Source of the DNA: Nitrososphaerota archaeon
GTDB taxonomy: Archaea > Thermoproteota > Nitrososphaeria > Conexivisphaerales > UBA164
NCBI GenBank assembly: GCA_009903795.1
Contig: WYER01000031.1
Coordinates: forward strand, 40,080 to 104,079
Direction of reading: 5' to 3'
Length of the DNA: 64,000 nt
In this document: piece after piece, positions 42,376 to 52,592 of the stretch
How positions within the stretch are numbered: position 1 is the stretch's first letter
Layout of the letters: every line of letters begins with the position of its first letter
Notes under the pieces: generated by a model
Told to the model about the DNA's origin: nothing
The model's input: only the letters and a program-made list of their open reading frames with translations
Databases searched by the model: none
Program-made: the position numbers and the translations under genes

Positions 42376-43096
42376 GTATATTTCTCACCTTTTTCACGAC
42401 GTCAAGAGCACCTTTTAGGCCTACAGCTTCAAAAGCTTCAATATAAGCTGTCCCCACGGCAACACCATCAGCACCGGCACTCAGCGCTTCTTTTATATCA
42501 TCATCACCTTTTAGCCCGAACCCAACGATTAACCTGTTATCTATAAGATTTCTAACTCTCTTTACAAGAGGTCCGACACCAACGGGGGTAACAATTCCGG
42601 TAGTAGGTCTTATCCCATAGTAAAGAAAAGGTCTTGAAAGAGCTGACACTTGAGATATAACTCTGTCTGGAACAAAAGGAGATACAAAAATTACAGGTTC
42701 GAGCCTTTTTTCATAAATTTGTTTAATGTAGCCAGAATAACCTTCAGGAAAGTCTATAAGAAGATCAGGAAACAAAACACCATCAGCCCCATACGACCTG
42801 ACATTTTCAAGAAATTCGTCAAGGCTATTCTGAACGCTTTCAAGGTAAGTAAGCACAATTATTTTCTTTTCTGTAACTTTTCTTGATTTTGATATTAGCT
42901 CTAAGAAATTTTTAAAAGTTGATTTTACCTTTAAGTATGACTTCCTTATTAGAGGCCCATCATACTTTGCAAAATCAGGTGGATAACCAAGTTCAAAAAC
43001 ATCGGTTCCCAATTCGTCTGCCTTCTTTATAAAATTTAGATAGTCTTCTTCGTTTGGATATCCAATCGTCATGTAACTAACCAAAAGCTTTTTCAT
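42359..43096 (-). CDS. trpA: tryptophan synthase alpha chain
   Basis: YMTIGYP...ELGYPP...DGPLIRKS...GFGL. Confidence 0.75.
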   Translation of the reverse strand: MKKLLVSYMTIGYPNEEDYLNFIKKADELGTDVFELGYPPDFAKYDGPLIRKSYLKVKSTFKNFLELISKSRKVTEKKIIVLTYLESVQNSLDEFLENVRSYGADGVLFPDLLIDFPEGYSGYIKQIYEKRLEPVIFVSPFVPDRVISQVSALSRPFLYYGIRPTTGIVTPVGVGPLVKRVRNLIDNRLIVGFGLKGDDDIKEALSAGADGVAVGTAYIEAFEAVGLKGALDVVKKVRNILDEFE

Positions 43097-43099
43097 GTT

Positions 43100-43555
43100 T
43101 TATTTAGCCTCCATCTTCTGATAATAAGAAAGATCAAGAAGCCCATGCCCGCTTAGGTTAAAAGCTATAACGAGCTTTTCCCTTTTTTCTTTGGCTTCTT
43201 GAGCTACCTTTATAGCTGCCATTATTGCATGTGCGCTTTCAGGGGCTGGTACTATACCCTGTGTTCTTGCAAACAGCTTTGCAGCTTCATAAACCTCAGT
43301 TTCACTGAATTCCATCCATTCAACAGTCTTATCCCGAACCAAAAGGCTTAATGTAGGAGCAAGTCCATGGTATCTAAGGCCTCCAGAATATATAGGAGGA
43401 GGTACGTAGTCTTTTCCTAGTGTTATCATCTTAAGCATTGGTAGTAGACCTGCAGAATCCGGGAAGTCGTATTCATAAACGCCTTTGCTGAACTTTTTAA
43501 TTTCAGAAGAACTAACGGCAATGTACCTCGAACCTCTTTTAGATCCTATAAATGG
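43100..43555 (-). pseudogene. trpB: tryptophan synthase beta (TrpB2-type), C-terminal fragment
   Basis: The frame is open from the IS right end: [15 protein letters not shown]...GGLRYHG...APESAHAI...NLSGHG. Confidence 0.75.
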
Positions 43556-44953
43556 CTGGCATCCTCCCCGCCTTAAAAGGCGATGGTTCCTTCAAGGCGG
43601 ATCACAGGTTCGTGGTTTACCGCCTTCATCTTCATCGCTTCATAGCTAGTGGTTACCCACCCCGCTCCGTTCGTCCAGCGATAGACCAAGGGCTGTTCCT
43701 TCAGCCACTTACCCCTATCCTCAACGGACTCGGGGATATGTAGAATGTTAATTGCCCCGTTCAAATCAGCGTTTATTACCTTCCCTGTGCGAGGACACTT
43801 AAACAAGCCTCTTTTAATCCTTCCGTTTTCGTGAATTTCCCCACACAGAGAACACGTCTTAGATGTATTTTCTTCATCCACAAGCTTAACCTTTATCCCG
43901 TATTCCTCTGCTACTTCCTTGATTCGCTTTATTATTGCAGAATAGCTCCAAAAGTTTGTATTTCTTTCGTTTCCTTTATCCTGAGCTATTCCCTTTGGGT
44001 AGCCGACGTATATTTCTCCTACTCCTTTATCGTAAAGAGATTCTACGATTTCCCTTGCTAGTCCTTCTCTTGCATTCTTGAGCAAAAGAGAACGCTTTTT
44101 GTATAACATTTCAAGCTTCCTGCTAGTTTTCAAGCCATGCCTTGAAAGCCTCTTTTCTTCTATTAAGATGCGCTTTGTTATCTTCTTAAATTCTGAAAGC
44201 ACTGAACCACCTTTAAAGATCATCCACGAGCCGTCTTCAACAGCTACGGTTGCAAGGTTTACAACGCCTAGGTCGATGCCCGCTTTCATTTTGCCTTTTG
44301 GTTTATTATTTACTTTTACAACCATAGGAATCCTTGCGTACCACTTCTTCCTTGCATTATCGAAGAATATTTCAAGGGTTCCCTGTTTGCCAACCCACTT
44401 GAGCTTTCCAATGAACTTTAGTCTCAGGTTGAAATCCATGAGGAATATTTCGTTTCCTTCAATCTTGTACCTGTCGTGTCTAATTAGCAAAAACAGGTTA
44501 TCTTTCTTTTTGTGAGGAGGCTTAGGCTTCATCCACTTAGGCAATTCACCTTCTTTCTTCTTTTTGCTTAGCTCGAAAAAAGATTTCCATGCTCCCATGT
44601 TCTTTCGCGTTACTTGCTGAACGTTTGCCCCGTGTAATATAGCTTTGAACTTTTCATAAACGACTTTTTCTGTTTTATTAAAATCTACAGGCTCGTGATT
44701 TTTGTACTGCTCAAGCCTCAACTTATTAACTTCGTTCCAGCAATTAACGAATGCCTTTCCGAGAACCGTTAGTTTAGCTTTTGTTTCTTTCCCAGCAATG
44801 ATGCGTACTGTGTTCGATCGGCGCATGCTTTCGTTATTTTATCCTAATTAAAGAATATAAATACTTTAGCCTTTTTTATAAGAAAACACGTTAGCAAGGA
44901 CGGAATAGTTCAGCATCCCCGCCTCTTCTAAAGGCGAGGCTTTCGTTCGTTTT
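43556..44953 (-). mobile_element. IS200/IS605-family element, tnpB-only, copy 2, inside trpB
   Basis: Same ends as copy 1. The left-end hairpin loop is tagaa instead of ttcta. The 5' flank on the IS strand is TTAC. Confidence 0.85.
43573..44826 (-). CDS. tnpB: TnpB
   Basis: 417 aa, collinear with 678-1940. Many substitutions, so it is not a recent identical copy. Confidence 0.9.
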   Translation of the reverse strand: MRRSNTVRIIAGKETKAKLTVLGKAFVNCWNEVNKLRLEQYKNHEPVDFNKTEKVVYEKFKAILHGANVQQVTRKNMGAWKSFFELSKKKKEGELPKWMKPKPPHKKKDNLFLLIRHDRYKIEGNEIFLMDFNLRLKFIGKLKWVGKQGTLEIFFDNARKKWYARIPMVVKVNNKPKGKMKAGIDLGVVNLATVAVEDGSWMIFKGGSVLSEFKKITKRILIEEKRLSRHGLKTSRKLEMLYKKRSLLLKNAREGLAREIVESLYDKGVGEIYVGYPKGIAQDKGNERNTNFWSYSAIIKRIKEVAEEYGIKVKLVDEENTSKTCSLCGEIHENGRIKRGLFKCPRTGKVINADLNGAINILHIPESVEDRGKWLKEQPLVYRWTNGAGWVTTSYEAMKMKAVNHEPVIRLEGTIAF

Positions 44954-45639
44954 GTAACAAAACTACTTCCATAACGCTTCCAACTAGGTACTTGTAACCT
45001 TTTTTTTATGGCGTATTCTATAGCCTCGCTCATAGCTATCCCTAAAGATCCAGGGTTAGAAGGATTCTTTTCTAGCTCTTTTCTGCCGTACTCAGTAACT
45101 TCAGAAGGGCTAGCATACACTTCAGCGCCATAAAGGTTCATCATAGTTCTCCTGCCAGGTTTCTGTTCATAGCTAACCCTAACCATAAAAACTGTGGACT
45201 TGATTTTCATTAAAGAGGCTGCAAGCGCGACAGCTGTACCCCACTGCCCTGCACCGGTTTCTGTTACAACTCCTTCAACCCCTTCTTCTTTGGCAAAATA
45301 CGCCTGAGGTATAGCTGTGTTTATCTTATGAGAACCAGAATGAGTTGCGCCTTCATATTTAAAGTAAATCTTTGCAGGCGTATCAAGGACTTCTTCAAAG
45401 TTTTTAGCCCTCATAAGGGGCGTGGGTCTACCCGCAAGCGAATACAGTTCTATTACATCATCAGGGATCTTAACATACCTTTCAGCGGTAAACTGCTGTC
45501 TGAGAACTTCTTTAGGAATTATGCTGTTTAAAAGTTCAATTCTTGAGAAGTTAGAATCTTCAGGATCACGAGGAGGAGGAAGAGGCCTTGGAAGGTCTGG
45601 TACTATATTATACCAATAACGCGGGATAAATTCTATCAT
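44954..45639 (-). pseudogene. trpB: tryptophan synthase beta (TrpB2-type), N-terminal fragment with an extra frameshift
   Basis: [10 protein letters not shown] (PLP Lys), ETGAGQWG. The A8 run (plus-strand T8 at 45000-45007) shifts the frame. The alternative frame reads [17 protein letters not shown] up to the IS. Confidence 0.75.
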
Positions 45640-45737
45640 CGCAAAAAAATTAACCTTAAGGTATAAAAATGTTACTCTATGTATTTTTTATTGCATTAAT
45701 GTACTACATATTTTTAGTTTATTAATACGTTAGAGTT

Positions 45738-47066
45738 TTAAGATTGCCAATTAACCGAATTGTGCTGAACAAGCTCTTCCTGTATTCTTTCGAGCGATTT
45801 ATTTTTCGTTTCAATGCCTATTGTAGCTAGAATCGCAGCTATGATGATTACAAGCAATCCCGAGAACCACATAAATTTTTTTAGCAATTCTGAAACAAGG
45901 AGGATTGGAATCAAACTTCCAAAAACGAAGTTAGTGATTCTGTTTATGGAAAACGTTAGGCCGTCGGCAAAACCTTTTAATTCCGTAGGAAATACTTCAG
46001 TCTGGATGGTATAAGCGCCGCTTACATTTATAAAAGAAAAGAACATGGCGAGTGAAAGAAAAAGCTCAAGAACGTAAGCATTTTTCGATAACGAAGCACC
46101 AAGAAGTACGTAAAAAACTCCCAAGAGCGCAACAGAAATAACAACAAGCCTTTTTCTGCCTGCATAATCGTGCAACAGTGCCGCAACGACGGCTCCAGAA
46201 AGAGCGAACAACCAAACTATAAGCGTTAAATCTATCATCTGCACGTAACTCTTTGTTGCAAATTTTTCAAGTATAAGCGGGGTAAATATGGTAAGCATAG
46301 ACGTAGTGCCAGCAGTGAACCAGGCTAAAGACGAATACACAAACCCTCGTTTATACTTACTAAAAAGTTCAGAATAGCTTTCTTTAGCGCTGCTCTGCAC
46401 TTTTATACTAAATATACTGAACTCTTTAGCATGTTTTTTAGGATCTCCAAACATTGCGAGCCATCTGGGAGATTCGGTAAGCCAACTTCTGAGCAATATT
46501 ACAAGCAAGGCGGGAACAGCACCAAAAGCAAAGATTAACCTCCATATTATAAAAGCAGAAACTCCAGAAGCATAAAGAGCATAAGCTACAAGCACGCTTA
46601 CAAGCCCACCGAAGGGCATCATAAGAAGGGATATACCTAGCATTTCCCCTCTTTTACTCTTTGGAAGCATCTCAGATAAAAGAGCTGGTCCCGAAACTAT
46701 GTCCGCGCCTATTCCAAACCCAATAGCAAATCTAAGAACTAGCAACTGAAAAGGGGTATGTATAAAGGCTGATAGAATAGAGGCTATAAAAAAGAAAAAC
46801 AGATCAACTATTAGAGCGCTCCTTCTTCCTCTAAGATCGCTGAATATTCCGAAAAGAAAAGCGCCAAAAACTCCACCCAAATATGTGGCCGTGCCGAGCA
46901 ATCCCTGAACAGGAGCAGTCATATTCATGGTTTTTATCAAAAAAGGCAATGCTATGCTTACGTTAAGAAGGTCGTATCCATCCAAAAAAGATCCTAATCC
47001 TACAAGGAGCGTCATAAATATCAAGAAACTGTTCAGAGGCATGTCATCAAGTTCTTTAAACTCCAT
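45738..47066 (-). CDS. MFS transporter (sugar-porter-like)
   Basis: 442 aa. SDLRGRR and PESPRWL motifs. Confidence 0.7.
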   Translation of the reverse strand: MEFKELDDMPLNSFLIFMTLLVGLGSFLDGYDLLNVSIALPFLIKTMNMTAPVQGLLGTATYLGGVFGAFLFGIFSDLRGRRSALIVDLFFFFIASILSAFIHTPFQLLVLRFAIGFGIGADIVSGPALLSEMLPKSKRGEMLGISLLMMPFGGLVSVLVAYALYASGVSAFIIWRLIFAFGAVPALLVILLRSWLTESPRWLAMFGDPKKHAKEFSIFSIKVQSSAKESYSELFSKYKRGFVYSSLAWFTAGTTSMLTIFTPLILEKFATKSYVQMIDLTLIVWLFALSGAVVAALLHDYAGRKRLVVISVALLGVFYVLLGASLSKNAYVLELFLSLAMFFSFINVSGAYTIQTEVFPTELKGFADGLTFSINRITNFVFGSLIPILLVSELLKKFMWFSGLLVIIIAAILATIGIETKNKSLERIQEELVQHNSVNWQS

Positions 47067-47559
47067 GCTTTTTGTTTATAATCTATAGTTTTTAAATTTT
47101 GTTTTTATTAAACAAACATGTTTATACAATAACGTTTAAAATGGTATAAAAAATTTTGTAATACAAGTTTTAACAAATAATGGTGGTTAAGTCCTCATCC
47201 GTAAGGTGGGATGCCCGTCCGTAAAAGTAGATCAAAACTTTTGTTAATTTTTATGATGTTTTTGCTATTATACCAGATTTTAAATGCGATCTTTGCCCTA
47301 AAACTTTAGGCAAGGCTAAACAAGCTATCGTGCTGATTAACCTTATTATGCTATAAAAATAGTGCTTTAAGCCAAAATAAAGCATGGTTTAAGCTAGTGA
47401 AGTTATTTCATTGTGTTTAAAGTAAAAGCTATCTGAAGATCGTAATGTATATGTTAGAGATTAAAGCTTCAATCATTAATAGAGAAAAAACATTTTATAA
47501 GCACTTCGATTTCTGTTTTTTATTGGTTGGTTGATCAAATTATAGCTGGTGGGGTGCCT

Positions 47560-48014
47560 GAGCCGACTTCTCAGGCTATACCGGTTCGCGCCGAAAAAGC
47601 TGTTAGTATAAAACCGAGCAACAGAAGGACTATCAAGATAAGGCTTCTGCCAAAAGGAAGCGCTTAAAGAAAGCTAAGCTACGAGTTGATGAGTGCCATA
47701 GGGCTTGAAGCCCAGGAATACGGAATGAAAGCGTATGAAGCGATTTAATACAACACATCAAGGCTGTGCGCTTATCATGGTGTAAAAGCAACACACAGTC
47801 TGAGAGGAGTGATAAATTGCCCTTTAGGTCATAAGATTCATTCAGACCTCAAACGGGGCTCTAAACATATCGAAAAAAGCAACCGGAATGCTGATTCTGG
47901 GCGCTGCAAAGCTGCTTTCATATCTTGTGTTTCACAGCGGAGTAGCACCCGTTAAAGGGGTTTAACCATCAAGACCTCGGGAACCTTCGCCTTTTAAGGC
48001 GGTTAGGAGGTCAG
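47560..48014 (+). pseudogene. decayed, divergent tnpB 3' part plus IS right end
   Basis: My translation gives ..LEAQEYGMKAYEAI*YNTSRLCAYHG...VINCPLGHKIHSDL.. with stops. It ends cgccttttaaggcggttaggaggtcag, similar to the right end of the full copies. The 5' limit is uncertain. Confidence 0.5.
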
Positions 48015-48078
48015 ATTTTATAAAAACTCGAAGTGTCAGTAAAAGCTTTATATAAAGTGCGAATCATAATAAGTTAGA

Positions 48079-48495
48079 TTGTCGTCATTAGTTGAAAAAA
48101 AGTATATTGAGGAGCTTTCGTCAATTGTTGGTAAAAGGGTTAGAGTTGATACTGAAGAAGGAGAGGTAGAGGGAACCCTTATAGCTGTAGACCCTTTACT
48201 GAATTTAATAATTGAAATAAAGGCAGAAACAACAATAAGGATTGTTTATTCTTCTAAAGTTGTCAAGAAAATAACATTACTTGAAGAGCTTTTTGATCTT
48301 AAAGGGCTTGCCGACAGGCTTAACAAGGTTTTTCCCAACATGGTAAAGCTAAGGGAAGACATAGGGGCCATAATAGTTATGGATAAAATAAAGGTTACCA
48401 AAAGCGGAGTTGTTGAGGGTACGGGACCTTCAGCAGAAAAAGTAAAACAAGTATACGACGCTTATCTTCAAGAGTTAAAGTCAAAAAAAGAATAG
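48079..48495 (+). CDS. protein with an Sm-fold-like N-terminal domain
   Basis: GKRVRVDTEEGEVEGTLIAVDPLLNLII pattern (weak call). Confidence 0.35.
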   Translation: MSSLVEKKYIEELSSIVGKRVRVDTEEGEVEGTLIAVDPLLNLIIEIKAETTIRIVYSSKVVKKITLLEELFDLKGLADRLNKVFPNMVKLREDIGAIIVMDKIKVTKSGVVEGTGPSAEKVKQVYDAYLQELKSKKE

Positions 48496-48503
48496 GTAAA
48501 ATC

Positions 48504-49694
48504 TTAGAATAATATATCCTCTATCTCCCATGGTACTTTAAACTGTAAAATCGTCTTCTTTTCTCCTTTTATGCTGGCTACTTTTTCAAGATCTTTACCC
48601 TGAGAGTTAAGGTATGCTTTCATCATAAAAAACCAAGGGGAAGGTGGCAGTTCTTGTGAATCTTCTAGCTCAACAGTAATCATCTTTGTTGTTTCATCAT
48701 ATTTGATTTCTCCATTCTTTATGTCAGTTTTAATAAGCTCTACAAAAGCAGGCAGGGCTGATCTTGCTTCTGCTTCAAAAATGTTTGTTTTGCCCTTGTA
48801 GATTTCTAACATTTTGTAAGAAATTTTCTTGAGTTCATCCTCTTTCAGCGTCTTAAGAGCGCTGTAAAAAAAGATTCTGTAAGCGTCGCTTTCTACTTTT
48901 AAGTTTATAATGTCCTCCGATAGGCCAGTATGCAGGAACTTTATGTATTCTTTAAGCGCAAGGGAGCTATCAAAGCTTTTTTTAAGCGAGTTTTCTATTA
49001 TGAGTTTAACTATATATGGTTGAATTATTACTGTAGAAGCTCCAGTCTCGGGGTTGTGGATCAGAAAAACTTCTTCATCAACGGCCACCATACCCTTTTG
49101 GTCAAAAAGCTTGCCAACCCTCACTGGGAGATCCAGTGAAACCGCTTCGTTTATCATGTCCTCATCGGTGTATGGTATTAAGATGTTTAGGTTAACTTCT
49201 GAAAGCATGAGTGACATAAGCTGTTTTTCACGCTTTTTTAAAAGTTGAAATATTTGCTGATCAGATACTATATAAAGGCTGTACCTAACACGTTTAAGAA
49301 AATCATTAAATACATTATCTAGAGCGTCCTCTCCAAGAATTTGAAGGTTTCCTTTAAGCTGTGTTATGCCGTTCTTCTGGCTTAGATCCTTTACTTCGTT
49401 TATCAGGCTTTTAACCTCCTTATACTTTCTTTCTTCTTCTGCCAGAATCATTTCAAACGGTTCTGGGTTAGCCGTTGCTGAGAACTTTTTTGGGCTGCCA
49501 TACGCTTCAACTAACTGTTTTTTTATTAACCCCTTGATGGCTTCATATATCTTTGTCCTTGGGACGCCAGAATAAAGAGCGAGCTCGCTAGCGTAGAGAG
49601 GCCCTTTTGTAAGGAGCGTTAAGTAAACCTTAGACTCATATTCGGTAAAACCAAGCTCCATAAGCTTAAGAATAAGCTTAAAGTATTCAGACAT
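48504..49694 (-). CDS. TrmB-family transcriptional regulator-like protein
   Basis: N-terminal wHTH LGFTEYESKVYLTLLTKGPLYASELALYSGVPRTKIYEAIKGL. Confidence 0.65.
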   Translation of the reverse strand: MSEYFKLILKLMELGFTEYESKVYLTLLTKGPLYASELALYSGVPRTKIYEAIKGLIKKQLVEAYGSPKKFSATANPEPFEMILAEEERKYKEVKSLINEVKDLSQKNGITQLKGNLQILGEDALDNVFNDFLKRVRYSLYIVSDQQIFQLLKKREKQLMSLMLSEVNLNILIPYTDEDMINEAVSLDLPVRVGKLFDQKGMVAVDEEVFLIHNPETGASTVIIQPYIVKLIIENSLKKSFDSSLALKEYIKFLHTGLSEDIINLKVESDAYRIFFYSALKTLKEDELKKISYKMLEIYKGKTNIFEAEARSALPAFVELIKTDIKNGEIKYDETTKMITVELEDSQELPPSPWFFMMKAYLNSQGKDLEKVASIKGEKKTILQFKVPWEIEDILF

Positions 49695-49849
49695 ATAGAA
49701 GCATTCTAAGGATAAAGTTTTATTATAAAATGATAAAACCTTTTTACAAAATCCTCAAATTTTTGTCACTAGTAAAGCATGTACCTTAAGTGACAGTAAA
49801 GTTCGGTTACATCAACCTCATATTTCCTTTCCTTTAATTAAAGGATACA

Positions 49850-50491
49850 ATGAGCGAATTTGTAAAAAAATGGAATCAACCTGAAGGAGAAAGTCTAGGC
49901 GACAGAATAAAAGGAGCCGTAAGGCCCGAGGGACCATTAAAGCCAAGGATAGAACAGGCCATTAGGCAGCTCCAGATACAGATAACAAAGCTCGATAACG
50001 CCGCAAACAGGCTTAAGGAAAAGGACTCACAGCTATTCCAGAAAATCGTAAACTACCTCCAGAAACACGACTCTGACCACGCAACTGTATACGCTAATGA
50101 ACTGGCCGAGATCAGAAAAATGTACAAGATGATAAACCAGGCAAAGCTAGCTCTCGAGCAGATCGTAACAAGGCTAACTACGGTAACAGACCTAGGAGAT
50201 GTAGTGGTAACTCTTGCTCCAGCAATGGCCGTAATAAAGAGCGTAAGGGCAGGGCTGATGCAGGTAATGCCATCAGCAGAACAAGAAATATCAGAGATAT
50301 CTTCGTTGCTCAGCAGCATACTCGTGGATGCTGGACAGCTTACAGGATCCACGCTTAACTTCGAAGCTGCAAACGAAGATGCAGAGAGGATACTTGCAGA
50401 AGCAAGCACTCTAGCAGAAGCGAAGATGAAAGAAAAACTACCAGACCTCGGGTCAATCGGCCTACCCGAAGGAGAAAAGCACCAAATTTAA
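49850..50491 (+). CDS. ESCRT-III/Snf7-family protein (CdvB-like)
   Basis: 213 aa helical protein with a Snf7-like heptad pattern and an acidic C-terminus. Located upstream of Vps4. Confidence 0.6.
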   Translation: MSEFVKKWNQPEGESLGDRIKGAVRPEGPLKPRIEQAIRQLQIQITKLDNAANRLKEKDSQLFQKIVNYLQKHDSDHATVYANELAEIRKMYKMINQAKLALEQIVTRLTTVTDLGDVVVTLAPAMAVIKSVRAGLMQVMPSAEQEISEISSLLSSILVDAGQLTGSTLNFEAANEDAERILAEASTLAEAKMKEKLPDLGSIGLPEGEKHQI

Positions 50492-50583
50492 GCATAACTT
50501 GAATAATTCTATTTTTTCTTTTTGTTAATTTTTTATGACCTTTTCTGATAAATTGATCTTTTATTAAAAACTGGTGTATTATT

Positions 50584-51159
50584 ATGAAGTTTAGTATAAA
50601 TCCTTTTAAGAAAAAGGAGCCAGCTTTTAGGGATGCTTACCTTGAGCTATCAAAGTACAGGAACAACCTCCTTACCGTCAAGTGGAGGATTAAAGTTAAA
50701 ATCGACGCATTTAGCATAAGAGCTGAAAAGAGTATGAGCCAGGAAGAAAGAGAAATATATGCTAGAGAAGCCAAGATTCTTAGTCAAATATATGAAGTGG
50801 TGGACAAGCTGGACGCCTTACTCTTGAAGGTTATGCTAAGGCTTGATAGCTACAGCGATTTAAATTCTGTAATAGAATCTTTTAAGGAAACTAACCAGGC
50901 TATTTCTAAGCTTAAGCCGGATCTTGAGGCACTTTCTGAAGCTTATTCTGTTCTTTTTGAACAACTAAGCGAAGCAGCTCAGTACTTTGGTACAATAACT
51001 ATACAGGGGCAATCTTTACAGCTGTTTTCAGGTATGGGCGCAGAAAATATACTTGAAGAAGCCATAGAAAGGTCTTTGGAGATCAACAATGAGCAGGAAG
51101 AATTAAGAAGCTTCCTTATTAAAGCAGCAAAAGAAGGAGAGTACGCAGAGATGATATAA
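50584..51159 (+). CDS. second ESCRT-III-like helical protein
   Basis: 191 aa. Stop lies 1 nt before the Vps4 start. The call rests on context and helical pattern only. Confidence 0.45.
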   Translation: MKFSINPFKKKEPAFRDAYLELSKYRNNLLTVKWRIKVKIDAFSIRAEKSMSQEEREIYAREAKILSQIYEVVDKLDALLLKVMLRLDSYSDLNSVIESFKETNQAISKLKPDLEALSEAYSVLFEQLSEAAQYFGTITIQGQSLQLFSGMGAENILEEAIERSLEINNEQEELRSFLIKAAKEGEYAEMI

Positions 51160-51160
51160 A

Positions 51161-52333
51161 ATGAGCTACCAAGCTGCTCAAGAACTAGAAAGTCTTGCGG
51201 CTAAGTACGCAAGCGAAGCCATAAAGCTTGATTCCCAAGGTAGCTATCCACAGGCTATTTTGATGTACCAGAAGGCTATCGAAATGCTGATGAAACTGAT
51301 AAACCTTTACCCCAACTATCAACTAAACCAGATATATATGGAAAGAGCGCAGGCATACAAACGCAGGATAGCCGAGATTCAAAGGATAAGGGGTCTTAAC
51401 GATGGAGAAGCAGAAGGAACGCTATCCACAAGCGGAGGGCGTGTTGAAACGCTCAGGGCAAACTTTGATGACCTTGTAATAAAAGAAAAGCCAGAAGTTA
51501 AGTTCGACCAGGTTATAGGTCTTGATGAAGCGAAGAGGGCACTTCAGGACGCCATAATATATCCAAACAAAAGACCAGACCTATTTCCTTTGGGATGGCC
51601 CAGAGGGATACTCTTGTATGGTCCCCCGGGATGTGGTAAAACTATGCTGGCCGCAGCTACTGCAGCTGAAATAGACGCTGTTTTTCTTTCAGTAGATGCA
51701 GCAAGCATAATGAGCAAGTGGCTTGGTGAAGCCGAAAAGAACGTTGCAAGGCTTTTCCAGCAAGCAAGAGAAATATCGCAACAGGAGGGAAAACCTGTAA
51801 TAATATTCATAGATGAAGTTGATTCGCTATTCGGCACGAGATCTCAAGAAGTAGGAGGAGAGATAAGAGTTAGAAACCAGTTCCTTAAAGAAACGGACGG
51901 AATAAGTGAAAAAGGAAAGAAAACGCCGGTTTACATACTTGCAGCAACAAACAAGCCCTGGTCGCTTGATCCTCCGTTTTTAAGAAGGTTTGAAAAGAGA
52001 ATATACGTAGGTTTGCCTACTATGGCTGCAAGGAAGAAAATGTTTGAGCTTTACACCCAGCCGCTTTCTTTAGCGCCTGATGTAAAGCTTGACGAACTTG
52101 CAAAGCTTACTGAAGGTTATACTGGCAGCGACATAAAGGATATAGTGCAGGCGGTTCAGCTTAACGTCGTGAGGGAGCTTTTTGAATCAGGTGAAGCCTT
52201 AAAGCCCAACAGCAAGCCAAGACCGATAAACATGAACGACTTCAAAATGGTGATAAAACAAAGAAAACCAAGCGTAAGTTCAGAAATGATCATGGCTTAC
52301 TTGAAGTGGAGCGAAAGCTTTAAGGCTCTATAG
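51161..52333 (+). CDS. vps4: Vps4/CdvC AAA+ ATPase with an N-terminal MIT-like domain
   Basis: GILLYGPPGCGKTMLA, IIFIDEVDS, and an N-terminal three-helix AIKLDSQGSYPQAILMYQKAIEMLMKL. Confidence 0.85.
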   Translation: MSYQAAQELESLAAKYASEAIKLDSQGSYPQAILMYQKAIEMLMKLINLYPNYQLNQIYMERAQAYKRRIAEIQRIRGLNDGEAEGTLSTSGGRVETLRANFDDLVIKEKPEVKFDQVIGLDEAKRALQDAIIYPNKRPDLFPLGWPRGILLYGPPGCGKTMLAAATAAEIDAVFLSVDAASIMSKWLGEAEKNVARLFQQAREISQQEGKPVIIFIDEVDSLFGTRSQEVGGEIRVRNQFLKETDGISEKGKKTPVYILAATNKPWSLDPPFLRRFEKRIYVGLPTMAARKKMFELYTQPLSLAPDVKLDELAKLTEGYTGSDIKDIVQAVQLNVVRELFESGEALKPNSKPRPINMNDFKMVIKQRKPSVSSEMIMAYLKWSESFKAL

Positions 52334-52348
52334 GTTTCAGATAGATGT

Positions 52349-52588
52349 ATGGAAAAAGCGTTGCAAGTAGAGGTCAAAAAGGCTACAAAATCACTTAAAG
52401 TTCCTGAGGAAAAGTTAAACGAACTAAGAGGAATAGGGAACAGACTTATATCGTCAATGAAAAAAGAGTATGTTGATTGCCCAGTAGTAAAACAACAGGT
52501 CCCTTTTATAGTATGTTACCTCTGTCCTTCTTTTATAAGAAGGTATAAGGGTGTTGTTTACTGCAAAGGAGAAAAAGGACCATACTGA
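52349..52588 (+). CDS. small Cys-rich protein
   Basis: 79 aa, with five Cys including CYLC. Confidence 0.35.
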   Translation: MEKALQVEVKKATKSLKVPEEKLNELRGIGNRLISSMKKEYVDCPVVKQQVPFIVCYLCPSFIRRYKGVVYCKGEKGPY

Positions 52589-52592
52589 GCTT

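Noticed and set aside
47500-48020. RNase P RNA, SRP RNA or a group II intron domain in the long ORF-free block
   Set aside because: I could not find the conserved RNase P (GGAAAGTCC-type) or SRP helix-8 motifs. The gagccg...cggttc segment does not fold as a domain V. TnpB-like coding remnants and an IS-type right end explain the block better.
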